Assembly: GCA_022729995.1 (NCBI GenBank)
Contig: DZBS01000001.1
Span: forward strand, 46,930-110,039
Length of the DNA stretch: 63,110 nt
Direction of reading: 5' to 3'
Source of the DNA: Draconibacterium orientale
GTDB lineage: Bacteria > Bacteroidota > Bacteroidia > Bacteroidales > JAADGE01
In this document: positions 37,441 through 48,075 of the stretch, one piece after another
How positions within the stretch are numbered: the first letter of the stretch is position 1
Layout: each line of letters begins with the position of its first letter
Notes under the pieces: generated by a model
Told to the model about the DNA's origin: nothing
What the model saw: only the letters and a program-made list of their open reading frames with translations
The model's database searches: none
Made by a program: the position numbers and the translations under genes

Positions 37441-37866
37441 TTATTTATCTTTTCCGGAAACAAGAACAAGTTTGTAATATTCATAAAGTTCTCTTTGGTC
37501 GTCGGCTTCAGTTGTTCCAAATTTATGACCAACTGCACGACCCATTTTTCCTGCTTCTTTTCCAAATTCACCTTTCAATTCAACTTTATAGATTATATCT
37601 GTTTGCATTTTAATTGTAATTTTCTTTGTATAATCGGCAATTGTGTCCGAATTAAAAGAAACAATTAATTCATATTTTCCCGGATATAAATCTTCAATCA
37701 AAACCTCGTCGTTAAACATTGCATCTTGCGGTTCTCCGTTCAAATATACTTTTATGAATGATGTTTCGTCTTCCATATCGGTATAAATTTTAATTGATGA
37801 AGTTTGAGCTGATATTGAAATGCTCAAAAACATCAATAAAATCAAGCTTAAGTTTAATTTTTTCAT
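37441..37866 (-). CDS. Small secreted hypothetical protein
   Basis: 141 aa with a signal peptide. No motif recognised. Confidence 0.55.
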   Translation of the reverse strand: MKKLNLSLILLMFLSISISAQTSSIKIYTDMEDETSFIKVYLNGEPQDAMFNDEVLIEDLYPGKYELIVSFNSDTIADYTKKITIKMQTDIIYKVELKGEFGKEAGKMGRAVGHKFGTTEADDQRELYEYYKLVLVSGKDK

Positions 37867-37890
37867 GTGTTTATATTTTTTAATTAATCA

Positions 37891-40506
37891 TTAAATAAAT
37901 TTCTCGGCATTTTTTAATGCGTTTTCAATTCCTTCGGGTTTTGAACCGCCTGCGCTCGCAAAATTTGCTTGTCCGCCGCCGCCGCCGTTTATTTCTCTTG
38001 ATATTTCTCTAATTATTTGTCCTGCATTCAGGTTTTTTCCATTTATAATATTATCCGAAATCATTACAGAAACGTTTGCTTTTCCGTCTATTTCAGCTCC
38101 AATAACGGCAAACATATTTCCTGTTTCGTTGTTAATTTGGAAAAGCAAATCTCTAATATATCCTGCATTTTTAATTTCAATTTTTTCAATCAAAACATTC
38201 ATTCCGTTTTTTGAATATATTTTAGAAATTAAAGTATTTTTTAGGTCTTTAAGCTTTTCTTTTTCAAGATTTTCAATTTCTTTTTTAAGATTTTTGTTTT
38301 CGTCTTGTAGTTTTAAAACTGATTCTTTAAGGTTTTTAGTATTTTTGAAGATAGATTTAATTTCGTTTACTGTGTGAATTTGTTCGTTAACAAAATTTTC
38401 GGCTCCCATAGAAGTAAATGCTTCAATTCTTCTAATTCCGGCTGCAATTGCACTTTCCGAAATTATTTTAAAAAGACCTATTTTTCCGGTTGCCGAAACG
38501 TGTGTTCCGCCGCAAAGTTCTATCGAATCGCCAAATTTTATTACTCTCACCAAATCTCCGTATTTTTCGCCAAATAAAGCCATTGCGCCTTTTTCAACAG
38601 CTTCGCTCATTGGCACGGCTCTGTTTTCTTCAAGTAAATTATTTTCGCGAATTTCTTTGTTTACATATTTTTCTACTGCAGCAATTTCTTCATCGCTAAG
38701 TTTTTGAAAATGAGAAAAGTCAAATCTCAAATGTTCCGAATCAACCAATGAACCTTTTTGCTCAACATGCGTTCCCAAAATATCTCTCAAAGCTTTGTGC
38801 ATAAGATGTGTGGCCGAATGGTTTGCCATTGTAAGTTCTCTTTTTTCACGGTCAACAACTGCTTTGAAAGTATAATGTAAATTTTTAGGTAATTTTTCCG
38901 AAATATGAATAATTACATTGTGTTCTTTTTGTGTGTCGAGTATTTGAATTTTTTCGTCGTCGTTTTCAATATATCCGCTGTCGCCGACTTGTCCGCCGCT
39001 TTCGGCGTAAAATGGTGTGTAATTAAAAACTAAATGATAAAATGTGTTCTTTTTATCCTGAACTTTTCTGTATTTTGTAATTTTAAGTGTTGTTTCAAAG
39101 TGGTCGTATCCTATAAATTCTTCTTTTTCTCCTTCCAAAATAATTGTCCAATCGTCTTTTTCTTCAACAGCTGCGTCTTTTGATCTCAATTTTTGTTGGC
39201 TCATTGCAGCTTCAAAATCATTTTTATCTACCAAAAAGTTATTCTCTCTTAAAATTAATTCTGTTAAATCGAATGGAAAACCGAAAGTGTCGTATAAAAC
39301 AAATGCATCGTTTCCCTTTATTTCTTTTGAATTAATTTTTTTTGCATCGGCCATTAATTTGTCTAAAAGTTTTATTCCGGTTTCAAGAGTCCTTAAAAAG
39401 GAATTTTCTTCTTCCATTATAACTTTTTCGATAATATTTTTTTGCGATATAAGTTCGGGATACGATTTTCCCATTACATCAATCAATGTATCAATAAGTT
39501 TATAAATAAAAGGCTCGTTCATGTTCAAAAACGTATAACCGTATCTTACGGCACGACGCAAAATTCTGCGAATAACATAACCTGCTCCTGTGTTCGACGG
39601 CAATTGACCGTCGGTTATAGAAAACGAAACTGTTCTTAAATGGTCGGCAATTACTCTCATTGCAATATCGTTTTGCATTTTTTTGCCGTATTCTGTTTTT
39701 GCAATTTCAGCAATTTTTTTTATTATAGATTGAAAAACATCTGTGTCGTAATTCGATTTTTTATTTTGAACAACCATACAAAGTCTTTCAAATCCCATTC
39801 CTGTGTCGACATGTTTTGCAGGAAGATTTTCAAGTTCGCCCGATTTTTTTCTGTTATATTGAATAAATACCAAATTCCAAATTTCAATAACAAGCGGATT
39901 ATCTTTATTTACAAAATCTCTTCCGGGAATTTTTGCAATTTCGTCGTCTTCTCTCAAATCAATATGAATCTCGGAACATGGTCCGCAAGGTCCTGTTTCT
40001 CCCATTTCCCAAAAATTATCTTTTTTGTTTCCCAACAAAATTCTTTCTTCGGGCAAATATTTTTTCCATAAAGTTTTTGCTTCTTCGTCGGCTTCTGTTC
40101 CATCGTCTTTTGAGCCTTCAAAAATTGTGGCATAAAGTTTTGTTTTATCAATTTTAAGAACTCCGGTTAAATATTCCCAAGCCCAATCAATTGCTTCAGA
40201 TTTAAAATAATCGCCAAACGACCAATTTCCAAGCATTTCAAACATTGTGTGGTGATAAGTGTCGTGGCCCACTTCTTCCAAATCGTTATGTTTTCCGGAA
40301 ACTCTCAAGCATTTTTGCGAATCGGCAATTCTTGAAATATCAGTTTTTTTATTTCCGAGAAATATATCTTTGAATTGGTTCATTCCGGCGTTTGTGAACA
40401 TTAATGTCGGGTCATCTTTCACAACCATTGGTGCAGAAGGAACTATTTTATGGTTTTTTGATTCAAAAAAATCTAAAAATGATTTTCTAATTTCTGTTGA
40501 TTTCAT
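37891..40506 (-). CDS. alaS: Alanine--tRNA ligase
   Basis: [32 protein letters not shown], the HxxxH editing-domain motif (HSATHLMH) and the C-terminal DHHA1 GGGG motif. The start is set at the internal ATG 40506 rather than the ORF-track 40566. Confidence 0.92.
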   Translation of the reverse strand: MKSTEIRKSFLDFFESKNHKIVPSAPMVVKDDPTLMFTNAGMNQFKDIFLGNKKTDISRIADSQKCLRVSGKHNDLEEVGHDTYHHTMFEMLGNWSFGDYFKSEAIDWAWEYLTGVLKIDKTKLYATIFEGSKDDGTEADEEAKTLWKKYLPEERILLGNKKDNFWEMGETGPCGPCSEIHIDLREDDEIAKIPGRDFVNKDNPLVIEIWNLVFIQYNRKKSGELENLPAKHVDTGMGFERLCMVVQNKKSNYDTDVFQSIIKKIAEIAKTEYGKKMQNDIAMRVIADHLRTVSFSITDGQLPSNTGAGYVIRRILRRAVRYGYTFLNMNEPFIYKLIDTLIDVMGKSYPELISQKNIIEKVIMEEENSFLRTLETGIKLLDKLMADAKKINSKEIKGNDAFVLYDTFGFPFDLTELILRENNFLVDKNDFEAAMSQQKLRSKDAAVEEKDDWTIILEGEKEEFIGYDHFETTLKITKYRKVQDKKNTFYHLVFNYTPFYAESGGQVGDSGYIENDDEKIQILDTQKEHNVIIHISEKLPKNLHYTFKAVVDREKRELTMANHSATHLMHKALRDILGTHVEQKGSLVDSEHLRFDFSHFQKLSDEEIAAVEKYVNKEIRENNLLEENRAVPMSEAVEKGAMALFGEKYGDLVRVIKFGDSIELCGGTHVSATGKIGLFKIISESAIAAGIRRIEAFTSMGAENFVNEQIHTVNEIKSIFKNTKNLKESVLKLQDENKNLKKEIENLEKEKLKDLKNTLISKIYSKNGMNVLIEKIEIKNAGYIRDLLFQINNETGNMFAVIGAEIDGKANVSVMISDNIINGKNLNAGQIIREISREINGGGGGQANFASAGGSKPEGIENALKNAEKFI

Positions 40507-41091
40507 ATTAATATTTTGCAATTGATTATTGTGTATATTTTGCTTTTTTTTATTTATAAATAGCACTTTATGCTAACAATCTTTTTTTGAATTGCAAAAA
40601 TAGAAAAATTTTGTCAAACACTATCAGCACAGAAAATAATTCTTTTTAACAATATTTATGTTAAGGATTTGTTAATATTTATGAAATTTCTAAGTTCAAC
40701 AGAAAAACTATTTAATATATATGTATATTTGCAAAATATAATTTTTGGTTTTTAATTAAATGTTATAAAAAATAATTAATGTTTAATAGACTGAAATTAA
40801 GGATAATGAATCCGGTTCAGTTTTTGTAACCTTAATTGTTAATAACTTTTTAAAAATAAATTTGTAAAGTAATAAGGACTTTCAGGTTTTTCAACCCGCT
40901 GAAAGTCAGATTGATGTAGTTTTTGTGAAACTTTTTTAAAAAAAAATCGTAAGAGTTTGGGTTCAAACAGTGAGCAAAAAACTTGTTTTTTTAATATAAA
41001 TTTTTACATTTGCATAGCATTAATCAAATAATCAAATTTTAATTGTTTTTTAAAATATTGATTATTTGGGTTCTAACTAAAAAAAATAATT

Positions 41092-42066
41092 ATGGGTAAG
41101 TTTATTTATCAATTTAATCATGCAACTTTAATGTATGAAAAAATTGAAAAAAAATTTTCGACAACATTTGTGAGAGAGATTCTCCCGCAAATTGTTCTTT
41201 CAATTGTTTTTGGAATATCTCTTTTTTATTTTTCATCAAGATATTTCTCATCTCCGGAAGAAAAAGCTCTTTTAGATAAAAGCAGAGACATCAAATTGAA
41301 ATTTGAATTACTTAATAAAGATATTGATAAATCGGCTTATTTACTCAACACTCTTGAAAAAAGAGACGACAATGTATATCGAATGGTTTTTGAAGCCGAT
41401 CCTTTATCGGAAGATCAAAGAAGAGCCGGTTTTGGAGGTTCCGACAGATATGCATATTTAAGCTACTATGAAAATTCCGAATTACTTATAAACACAACCA
41501 AAAAAGTAGATATTCTCTCCAAAAGAATGTTGATTCAATCTGAATCATACAAAGACGTGATGAACATGGTTAATAACAAAGAAGAAATGGCTGCTTGCAT
41601 TCCTGCAATTCAACCAATTGCTTTAGATAAATTAACTCGTTTCGGTTCTCCGTTTGGAAGAAGATTACATCCGATTTTGCATATTTGGAAAATGCATACC
41701 GGAATTGACCTTACAGCACCTACAGGAACAGAAATTCATGCTGCCGGAGACGGTATTGTTTTCAAAGCCGGATATTCAGGCGGATACGGAAATTGCATAA
41801 GATTAAATCACGGATTCGGATATGTTACTGTTTACGGGCATTTAAGCAAAATTCTTGTTCGTCCCGGACAAAAAATTAAAAGAGGCGATGTTATCGGCTT
41901 AGTTGGAAGCACAGGTTTGTCAACATCACCGCACCTTCATTACGAAGTTCGTGTAAACGGCGAATTTGTTGACCCTATTAATTTTTATTATAACGACATG
42001 ACCGACGAAGAATATCAAAAAATGCTTGAATCTTCTTCAACTTCAGATACTCATATTTATGAATAA
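41092..42066 (+). CDS. M23 (LytM) family metallopeptidase
   Basis: N-terminal TM helix. Motifs HTGIDLTAPTGTEIHAAGDG and GSTGLSTSPHLHYEV. Confidence 0.85.
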   Translation: MGKFIYQFNHATLMYEKIEKKFSTTFVREILPQIVLSIVFGISLFYFSSRYFSSPEEKALLDKSRDIKLKFELLNKDIDKSAYLLNTLEKRDDNVYRMVFEADPLSEDQRRAGFGGSDRYAYLSYYENSELLINTTKKVDILSKRMLIQSESYKDVMNMVNNKEEMAACIPAIQPIALDKLTRFGSPFGRRLHPILHIWKMHTGIDLTAPTGTEIHAAGDGIVFKAGYSGGYGNCIRLNHGFGYVTVYGHLSKILVRPGQKIKRGDVIGLVGSTGLSTSPHLHYEVRVNGEFVDPINFYYNDMTDEEYQKMLESSSTSDTHIYE

Positions 42067-42091
42067 AGAAAATTATTGTAATATTTTAATG

Positions 42092-42124
42092 AAGCTCTTC
42101 GGTAATATCGAAGAGCTTTTTTTC
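42092..42124 (+). terminator. Rho-independent terminator
   Basis: The 10-bp stem aagctcttcg/cgaagagctt has a 7-nt loop and is followed by T7. Confidence 0.7.
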
Positions 42125-42134
42125 TTGAAACTAA

Positions 42135-43664
42135 ATGTTTAATTTTAAGATGTTTATGAAAACGCCATTTTTTTTGACTGTTATTACCGTTTTAATAGCA
42201 ACTTCTTGTAATTTTTCTCAATCCAAAGAAAATTCTTCAAATTATAAAAATGAAGATTCTATAAAAATTGAAATAGATTCTTTTTTAATCAAAAATAAAA
42301 TTATCAACCAAACTTATTTGGGAAACGAAAAAAGAAATTATTACGGAGATATTGCTCCGGATACTTTACAAATTATTTGGAAACTTGCGTTGGGAACCGG
42401 ACAAACAAGAGTGGGAAGCAAAATTTTAACTTGGTCGGGTGCCGGTTGGACCGGACAACCGTTAATTGTTAAAGAAGACAGCATAACATATCTTATTCAA
42501 GGAACTTACAACCACAACATGTTGAAAATCAGAGAGAAAGATGCAAAAATAATTTGGGCTAAAGATTTTGGCGACGTTATCAAAGGAACCGGAACAATTT
42601 TTTACAACAAAAATGCCGAAGATGAAAACAATAAACTCGTTATTCTGCAAGGAAGCAGACAAGGCTTTAACACAAGTTTTCGACAAAATATTATTACAAG
42701 CTACCGTGCAATTTCCTATTTTACAGGAAAAGAACTTTGGTCTTTAAACAGCAAACTTACAGAAAGTTACAGTAGAGATGTTGACGGTTCTTCTTTAATT
42801 ATTAACGATACAGCTTATATTGGATTAGAAAATGCAATTTTTACTGTTTTTAATCCAAATCCAAAATTTTCGTCACTGAAAGACGGAATTATTCAGCCAA
42901 AAGTATACGAAGAACATTCGTTGTACGAAGAAAACGATATTAAACTTCACGGAGGAAATCTTGTTACAGAATCATCGCCTTCACATCTTTTAAATCATAT
43001 TTATATTACATCGGGTTCTGGCCATGTTTACGGCTATAATTTAAAAACACGAAAAATAGATTGGTCATTTTTTACGGGTTCCGATATGGACGGTTCGCCA
43101 ACTGTTACCGACGATAATTGTATACTAATTTCTCTCGAAAAACAATATATTCCCGGTCCCGGAGGAGTTTTTAAATTAGACCCTTCGCAAAGTTCTGATT
43201 CTTGCGTAAAATGGTTTTTTCCGGTTCAAAGCATTCATTTTGCTTTTTGGGACGGCGGAATTATCGGTTCTGTTTCTGTTAACGACAGTTACAGAAAAAA
43301 TGATGATGAAATTCCAAACTTAGCAGCTTTTTCAGCAATCGACGGAAATCTTTATGTTGTGAACACAAAAAAAATTACCGGCAAAAAAGTTATAGGGCCC
43401 GATAATAAAACACTTTATGATACGCCCGAATTGGTTTTTAAATACAAAATTACAGAATCAATTTCAACACCAATAATTGTTGGAAATAAGATTATTGCTG
43501 CATCATATTCCGGAATTTATTTGTTTGAATTTGATAAAAATCTGAATTTTAAATTAATTTCGCATATTGATATTGGCTCAACAGAAGCAACGCCGATTGT
43601 GAATAACGGACGAATTTATGTTGCTACAAAAACAGGATATTTATATTGTTTGGGAAGAAAATAA
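42135..43664 (+). CDS. Secreted/lipoprotein PQQ-like beta-propeller repeat protein, paralogue of 21009..22454
   Basis: About 50% identity by eye across the full length with the 21-kb copy (YLGNEKRNYYG, IIWKL, GAGWTGQPL, AISYFTGKELW, YSRDVDGS, FTVFNPNP, TSGSGHVYG, GRIYVATKTGYLYCLG). Confidence 0.7.
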   Translation: MFNFKMFMKTPFFLTVITVLIATSCNFSQSKENSSNYKNEDSIKIEIDSFLIKNKIINQTYLGNEKRNYYGDIAPDTLQIIWKLALGTGQTRVGSKILTWSGAGWTGQPLIVKEDSITYLIQGTYNHNMLKIREKDAKIIWAKDFGDVIKGTGTIFYNKNAEDENNKLVILQGSRQGFNTSFRQNIITSYRAISYFTGKELWSLNSKLTESYSRDVDGSSLIINDTAYIGLENAIFTVFNPNPKFSSLKDGIIQPKVYEEHSLYEENDIKLHGGNLVTESSPSHLLNHIYITSGSGHVYGYNLKTRKIDWSFFTGSDMDGSPTVTDDNCILISLEKQYIPGPGGVFKLDPSQSSDSCVKWFFPVQSIHFAFWDGGIIGSVSVNDSYRKNDDEIPNLAAFSAIDGNLYVVNTKKITGKKVIGPDNKTLYDTPELVFKYKITESISTPIIVGNKIIAASYSGIYLFEFDKNLNFKLISHIDIGSTEATPIVNNGRIYVATKTGYLYCLGRK

Positions 43665-43673
43665 TTTTTTATT

Positions 43674-44045
43674 GTGAAAAATAAAATTATCATAATAGCT
43701 ATAATATTTTTTGTTTCGTGTAAACAAACTCAAATTGTTTTTCCGTTGGAAGCCGGAAAATTAACTAAAGAATATCTCGAAAAACCGGCAAAATCAGACA
43801 GAAAATATAAAAATAATATTTTAATTATTGAAGGAAGGATTTCGCAAGTTTATACAAATAAAAATAATCAATCGATTTTGATTTTGGCAAATGTTAAAGA
43901 TAAATACGGAGTATCGTGTACTTTGAAAATGACAGAGAAAATTTCTGAACCTTTCAGACAATATCAACTTGTTGAGATTAAGGGACTTTGCACCGGATTT
44001 AAAGAAAATGTAATAATGGAAAATTGTGTAATTCTGTATAAGTAA
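43674..44045 (+). CDS. Small OB-fold (tRNA_anti-like) putative lipoprotein
   Basis: GTG start and a signal peptide with Cys (FFVSCKQ). The pattern YKNNILIIEGRISQV...VEIKGLCTGF resembles the tRNA_anti-like family. Recollection only. Confidence 0.4.
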   Translation: MKNKIIIIAIIFFVSCKQTQIVFPLEAGKLTKEYLEKPAKSDRKYKNNILIIEGRISQVYTNKNNQSILILANVKDKYGVSCTLKMTEKISEPFRQYQLVEIKGLCTGFKENVIMENCVILYK

Positions 44046-44143
44046 AAAAATTATTAAAAAAAGTAAAATTTGTTTGAAATTTTTCTTGAAAAAAACAATG
44101 TTAATGCTACCTTTGCAAATCTTTATTTAATTGGTTGTTAAAG

Positions 44144-44233
44144 ATGAAATATCCGTTTATATCTCTCTAAATAAAAAAGAATGATTATAAAGGATATTCC
44201 TATCAGACCTTTGAAGTTTTAAAATACAAACTG
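44144..44233 (+). repeat. Decayed copy D of the micro-ORF/hairpin element upstream of purH
   Basis: It reads ATG AAA TAT CCG TTT ATA TCT CTC TAA ... AAT GAT TAT AAA GGA TAT TCC TAT CAG ACC. It is collinear with the intact copies but has an in-frame TAA at codon 9, and both Cys codons are replaced. The frame then runs without a stop into the purH ATG. Confidence 0.55.
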
Positions 44234-45718
44234 ATGAAAAAGAAAATAAAATCAGCACTAATTTCAGTTTACAAAAAAGAAGGTTTAGATAATATTGTTT
44301 CTGAACTAAAACGCTTAGGAATAGTTATTTATTCAACAGGCGGAACTCTCGAGTATTTGAATCAAAAAGGAATTGAAGCAACCGCAGTTGAAGAACTCAC
44401 AAAATATCCTTCAATTTTGGGAGGAAGAGTTAAAACACTTCATCCTAAAGTATTTGGAGGAATATTGGCAAGAAGAGATAATGAAAACGACAAATTGCAA
44501 CTTGCAGAATATCAAATTCCGGAAATAGATTTGATAATTGTTGATTTATATCCGTTTAAAGAAACTTTAGAAGCGCAAAAAAGCGAACAAGAAATAATAG
44601 AAAAAATAGATATTGGCGGAATTTCACTAATAAGAGCAGGAGCGAAAAATTTTAGTGATGTATTAATAATTTCATCTTCAATTCAATACAAAGAATTATT
44701 TCAAATATTGAATAATAATAACGGAGAAACAACAATTGAAACAAGAAAAAAGTTTGCCGGCGAAGCATTTACAGTTTCATCGGAATACGACAAAGAAATA
44801 AATTCGTTTTTTATCGGGGAAAGCAAAATATTAAAATACGGCGAAAATCCGCATCAAAAAGCGAAATTTATCGGCGATTTTGATAAAATATTTGAGCAAA
44901 TTCACGGAAAAGAAATTTCATATAATAATCTTTTGGATATTGATGCAGCCATCGGAATTATATCAGAATTTAACGAAACAACTTTCGCTGTTTTAAAACA
45001 CAATAATCCTTGCGGATTAGCATCACGAAATACACTTTTGGAAGCTTGGAAAGATGCATTGGCAGGCGACCCTGTTTCTGCATTTGGAGGTGTAATTGTT
45101 ACAAATAAAACCGTTGACGACCAAACGGCAGAAGAAATAAATAAAATATTTTTTGAAGTGATAATTGCTCCCGGATATTCCGAAAAAGCATTAGAATTTC
45201 TTAAACAAAAGAAAAACAGAATTATTTTAATTCAGAAAGAGCAAGTTGAAAATCAAAAGTTAGTAAGAACAGCTTTAAACGGTTATCTCGAACAAGATAA
45301 AGATTTAAAAACAGTTACTGAAGCCGATTTAAATTTTATTACAAATACAAAACCGACAAAAGAACAAATTTACGAATTGATTTTTGCAAATAAAATTGTG
45401 AAACACACAAAATCAAACGCAATTATTCTTACAAAAAACAAACAGCTAATTGCAGGCGGAGTTGGGCAAACATCACGAGTTGATGCACTAAAACAAGCAA
45501 TTGACAAAGCACATAATTTTAGTTTCAATTTAGAAGGAGCAATTATGGCATCAGATGCATTTTTTCCTTTTTCCGATTCGGTTGAAATTGCTCACAAAGC
45601 AGGAATAAATGCAATAATTCAGCCCGGAGGCTCAATTAGAGATAACGACACAATAGACTATTGCAACCAAAATAATTTGGTTATGGTCTTCACAGGAATC
45701 AGACATTTTAAACACTAA
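44234..45718 (+). CDS. purH: Bifunctional AICAR transformylase / IMP cyclohydrolase
   Basis: ALISVYKKEGL, STGGT, GGRVKTLHPKV, YGENPHQ, LKHNNPCG and the C-terminal RHFKH. Confidence 0.92.
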   Translation: MKKKIKSALISVYKKEGLDNIVSELKRLGIVIYSTGGTLEYLNQKGIEATAVEELTKYPSILGGRVKTLHPKVFGGILARRDNENDKLQLAEYQIPEIDLIIVDLYPFKETLEAQKSEQEIIEKIDIGGISLIRAGAKNFSDVLIISSSIQYKELFQILNNNNGETTIETRKKFAGEAFTVSSEYDKEINSFFIGESKILKYGENPHQKAKFIGDFDKIFEQIHGKEISYNNLLDIDAAIGIISEFNETTFAVLKHNNPCGLASRNTLLEAWKDALAGDPVSAFGGVIVTNKTVDDQTAEEINKIFFEVIIAPGYSEKALEFLKQKKNRIILIQKEQVENQKLVRTALNGYLEQDKDLKTVTEADLNFITNTKPTKEQIYELIFANKIVKHTKSNAIILTKNKQLIAGGVGQTSRVDALKQAIDKAHNFSFNLEGAIMASDAFFPFSDSVEIAHKAGINAIIQPGGSIRDNDTIDYCNQNNLVMVFTGIRHFKH

Positions 45719-45741
45719 TAAAACAGATATAGCAACAAAAA

Positions 45742-46767
45742 ATGGGATTATTTGATTTTTTAAGCAAAGAGATTGCTATCGATTTGGGAACTGCAAACAC
45801 AATAATCATCGAAAACGATAAAATTGTAGTAGACGAACCTTCAATAGTTGCAATTGATGACTCAACGGGAAAACTCGTTGCCATTGGTCATAAAGCACAA
45901 CAAATGCACGGAAAAACTCACGAGAGTATCAGAACAATCAGACCGCTGAGAGACGGTGTAATTGCCGATTTTAAGGCAGCTGAACTGATGATGAAAGAAA
46001 TGATTAAAATGGGAACTTCAAAATCTCGTTTTTTCACTCCTTCAATCAGAATGGTTGTTTGTATTCCGTCAGGAAGTACAGAAGTTGAAGTAAGAGCTGT
46101 TAGAGATTCTTCAGAACATGCAGGAGGAAGAGAAGTTTACATGATTTATGAACCGATGGCTGCTGCACTTGGTATTGGAGTTGATGTTGAAGCACCCGAA
46201 GGAAACATGGTTGTAGACATTGGAGGCGGAACAACAGAAATTGCAGTAATTTCTCTTGGAGGAATCGTTAGTAATCGTTCAATCAGAATTGCGGGAGACG
46301 ATTTTACTCAAGATATTCAAGAATATATGCGTCATCAACATAACATAAAAATTGGCGAAAGAACCGCAGAATCTATCAAAATAAATGTTGGCTCGGCATT
46401 ACCCGAATTAGATAATCCGCCTGCAGATTTTATCGTTAGAGGTCCTCATCAAATGACAGCTCTTCCGGTTGAAATTCCTGTTTCATACCAAGAAATTGCT
46501 CATTGTTTAGATAAATCTTTGGCTAAAGTAGAATCGGCAATTTTAAATGTTTTAGAAAGAACTCCACCGGAATTATATGCCGATATTTACAAAAACGGAA
46601 TTTATTTAGCCGGCGGCGGTGCTTTATTAAGAGGTTTAGATAAAAGATTAATGGATAAAACAGATATTCCTGTTCATATTGCAGAAGATCCTTTACATGC
46701 AGTTGCAAGAGGAACCGGAATTGCACTAAAAAATATTCACAGATTTAATTTCTTAAGAAGAGAATAA
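45742..46767 (+). CDS. mreB: Rod shape-determining protein MreB
   Basis: IAIDLGTANT, the actin-fold phosphate loops, and DIGGGTTEIAVISLGG. Confidence 0.95.
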   Translation: MGLFDFLSKEIAIDLGTANTIIIENDKIVVDEPSIVAIDDSTGKLVAIGHKAQQMHGKTHESIRTIRPLRDGVIADFKAAELMMKEMIKMGTSKSRFFTPSIRMVVCIPSGSTEVEVRAVRDSSEHAGGREVYMIYEPMAAALGIGVDVEAPEGNMVVDIGGGTTEIAVISLGGIVSNRSIRIAGDDFTQDIQEYMRHQHNIKIGERTAESIKINVGSALPELDNPPADFIVRGPHQMTALPVEIPVSYQEIAHCLDKSLAKVESAILNVLERTPPELYADIYKNGIYLAGGGALLRGLDKRLMDKTDIPVHIAEDPLHAVARGTGIALKNIHRFNFLRRE

Positions 46768-46885
46768 GTAATAAGACAAAATTATTTGTGTAATGCAAAT
46801 AATTTAATTGCAAGATATTTTGAATTTTACTTTTTCTAATGTCTAAATACTTATGTCTAATTACTTAATATAACAAACCGCGAAA

Positions 46886-47713
46886 ATGAGGAATTTGCTG
46901 AGGTTAATAATAACTTATAATTTTTTTATTGTTTTTTTGATTTTTGAATTCATTTCGGTTTCATTAACAATTAATAACAGTAGATCAAAATTGGGAGTTT
47001 TTATGAGTTCGGCAAATTCGCTTTCCGGATTTTTTCAAGAAAAAACAACAGGAATTTCCAAATATTTTAATCTGAGAAAAGATAACAGATTATTAATTAA
47101 AGAAAATCAATCTTTAAATAACAAAATTGCATATTACGGAAATATTGTAGAATCTGAATCCGAAAGGGTTAACGATGAGAGTTTTACATATATGACTGCC
47201 GAAGTTGTAAAAAATTCTGTTTTCAATACTTATAATATTTTAACAATAAATAAAGGAAGCGAAGACGGAGTAGCTCCAGACATGGCTATAGTTTCTTCTG
47301 CCGGAATTGTAGGCATAACCGCAAAAACCGGCAAACATTACACTACTGTTGTTTCTGTTTTAAATTCAAAACTTGGAATAAGCGCCAAGTTGAAAAAAAG
47401 CGATTTCTTCGGGTCTGTTAGTTGGGATGCCGACGATTACAGATATGTTTATTTAACAGAAATTCCGGATCACGCTTTGGTAAAAAAAGGCGATACTGTT
47501 GTTACCAGCGGATTTTCTTCCATTTTACCAAAAAATATTATTATTGGTTTTGTTGAAAAAATTGAAAAGGTTTCCGAAAACAATTTTTTCAAAATAAAAG
47601 TGAAACTAAGCCAAGATTTTAAATCATTACGCTATGTTTATATTATTGATATTAAGAACAAAACCGAAAAAGACAGTCTTGAAAACGAAACAAAAGAACA
47701 GTTTCAGTTTTAG
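46886..47713 (+). CDS. mreC: Rod shape-determining protein MreC
   Basis: N-terminal TM helix, a coiled-coil region and a beta-barrel domain (VVTSGFSSILPKNIIIG). It is positioned directly after mreB. Confidence 0.8.
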   Translation: MRNLLRLIITYNFFIVFLIFEFISVSLTINNSRSKLGVFMSSANSLSGFFQEKTTGISKYFNLRKDNRLLIKENQSLNNKIAYYGNIVESESERVNDESFTYMTAEVVKNSVFNTYNILTINKGSEDGVAPDMAIVSSAGIVGITAKTGKHYTTVVSVLNSKLGISAKLKKSDFFGSVSWDADDYRYVYLTEIPDHALVKKGDTVVTSGFSSILPKNIIIGFVEKIEKVSENNFFKIKVKLSQDFKSLRYVYIIDIKNKTEKDSLENETKEQFQF

Positions 47714-47716
47714 ATT

Positions 47717-48028
47717 TTACAAATTTTTACTACAATTATCAAGAAATTTATTTGCGTTTTCGCGAATTGTTTTCTCAATCATTCCTCCAAAAATCTTAAA
47801 TGCTAAAGGCAGTTTACTCTTAATTTCAATTTGATTATCTAAAACTGTTAATTCTCCTTCTATTTTAAAACCTTTTGCAGATACAGAAAATGTTGAAATA
47901 TATCCGTTCCAAGTATGAACCAAATTTGAAAGTTCATTTTTGTGTTTTTCTTTGAGAATTTCCAAATTACTTTTTACGCAGTTTAGAGCTTGTTCTCGTG
48001 TTAATTTATGGTCGATTATTATTATCAT
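47717..48028 (-). CDS. Small hypothetical protein, possibly of the polyhydroxyalkanoic-acid-system (PHA_gran_rgn) family
   Basis: 103 aa. The size and the W.G...F.....G.KI.G.L.V.D..IEI...LP pattern match my recollection of that family. Unverified. Confidence 0.35.
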   Translation of the reverse strand: MIIIIDHKLTREQALNCVKSNLEILKEKHKNELSNLVHTWNGYISTFSVSAKGFKIEGELTVLDNQIEIKSKLPLAFKIFGGMIEKTIRENANKFLDNCSKNL

Positions 48029-48075
48029 TTTTTTTCGTCAAATTTAAATAAATATACTTAATGCAATAAATAATA

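Noticed and set aside
38017-40525. A series of 63-143-aa + strand ORFs across alaS
   Set aside because: All are antisense to alaS. They have F/L/S-rich low-complexity translations, which makes them artefacts of AT-rich sequence.
40507-40700. T-box leader, or an N-terminally extended start (40566), for alaS
   Set aside because: There is no specifier-loop or T-box consensus, and the mechanism is not known in Bacteroidota. The 20 extra residues ([20 protein letters not shown]) are low-complexity and precede the canonical [14 protein letters not shown] start.
44046-44233. ZTP (pfl) riboswitch upstream of purH
   Set aside because: The leader lacks the conserved GGGUCGUGAC...CCGGGC/ACCGCCUGGGC-type GC-rich cores. 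Only the AT-rich element described above is present.
47634-47834. 66-aa + strand ORF as a candidate mreD
   Set aside because: It overlaps the mreC 3' end and the convergent gene. It is highly basic rather than multi-TM hydrophobic.
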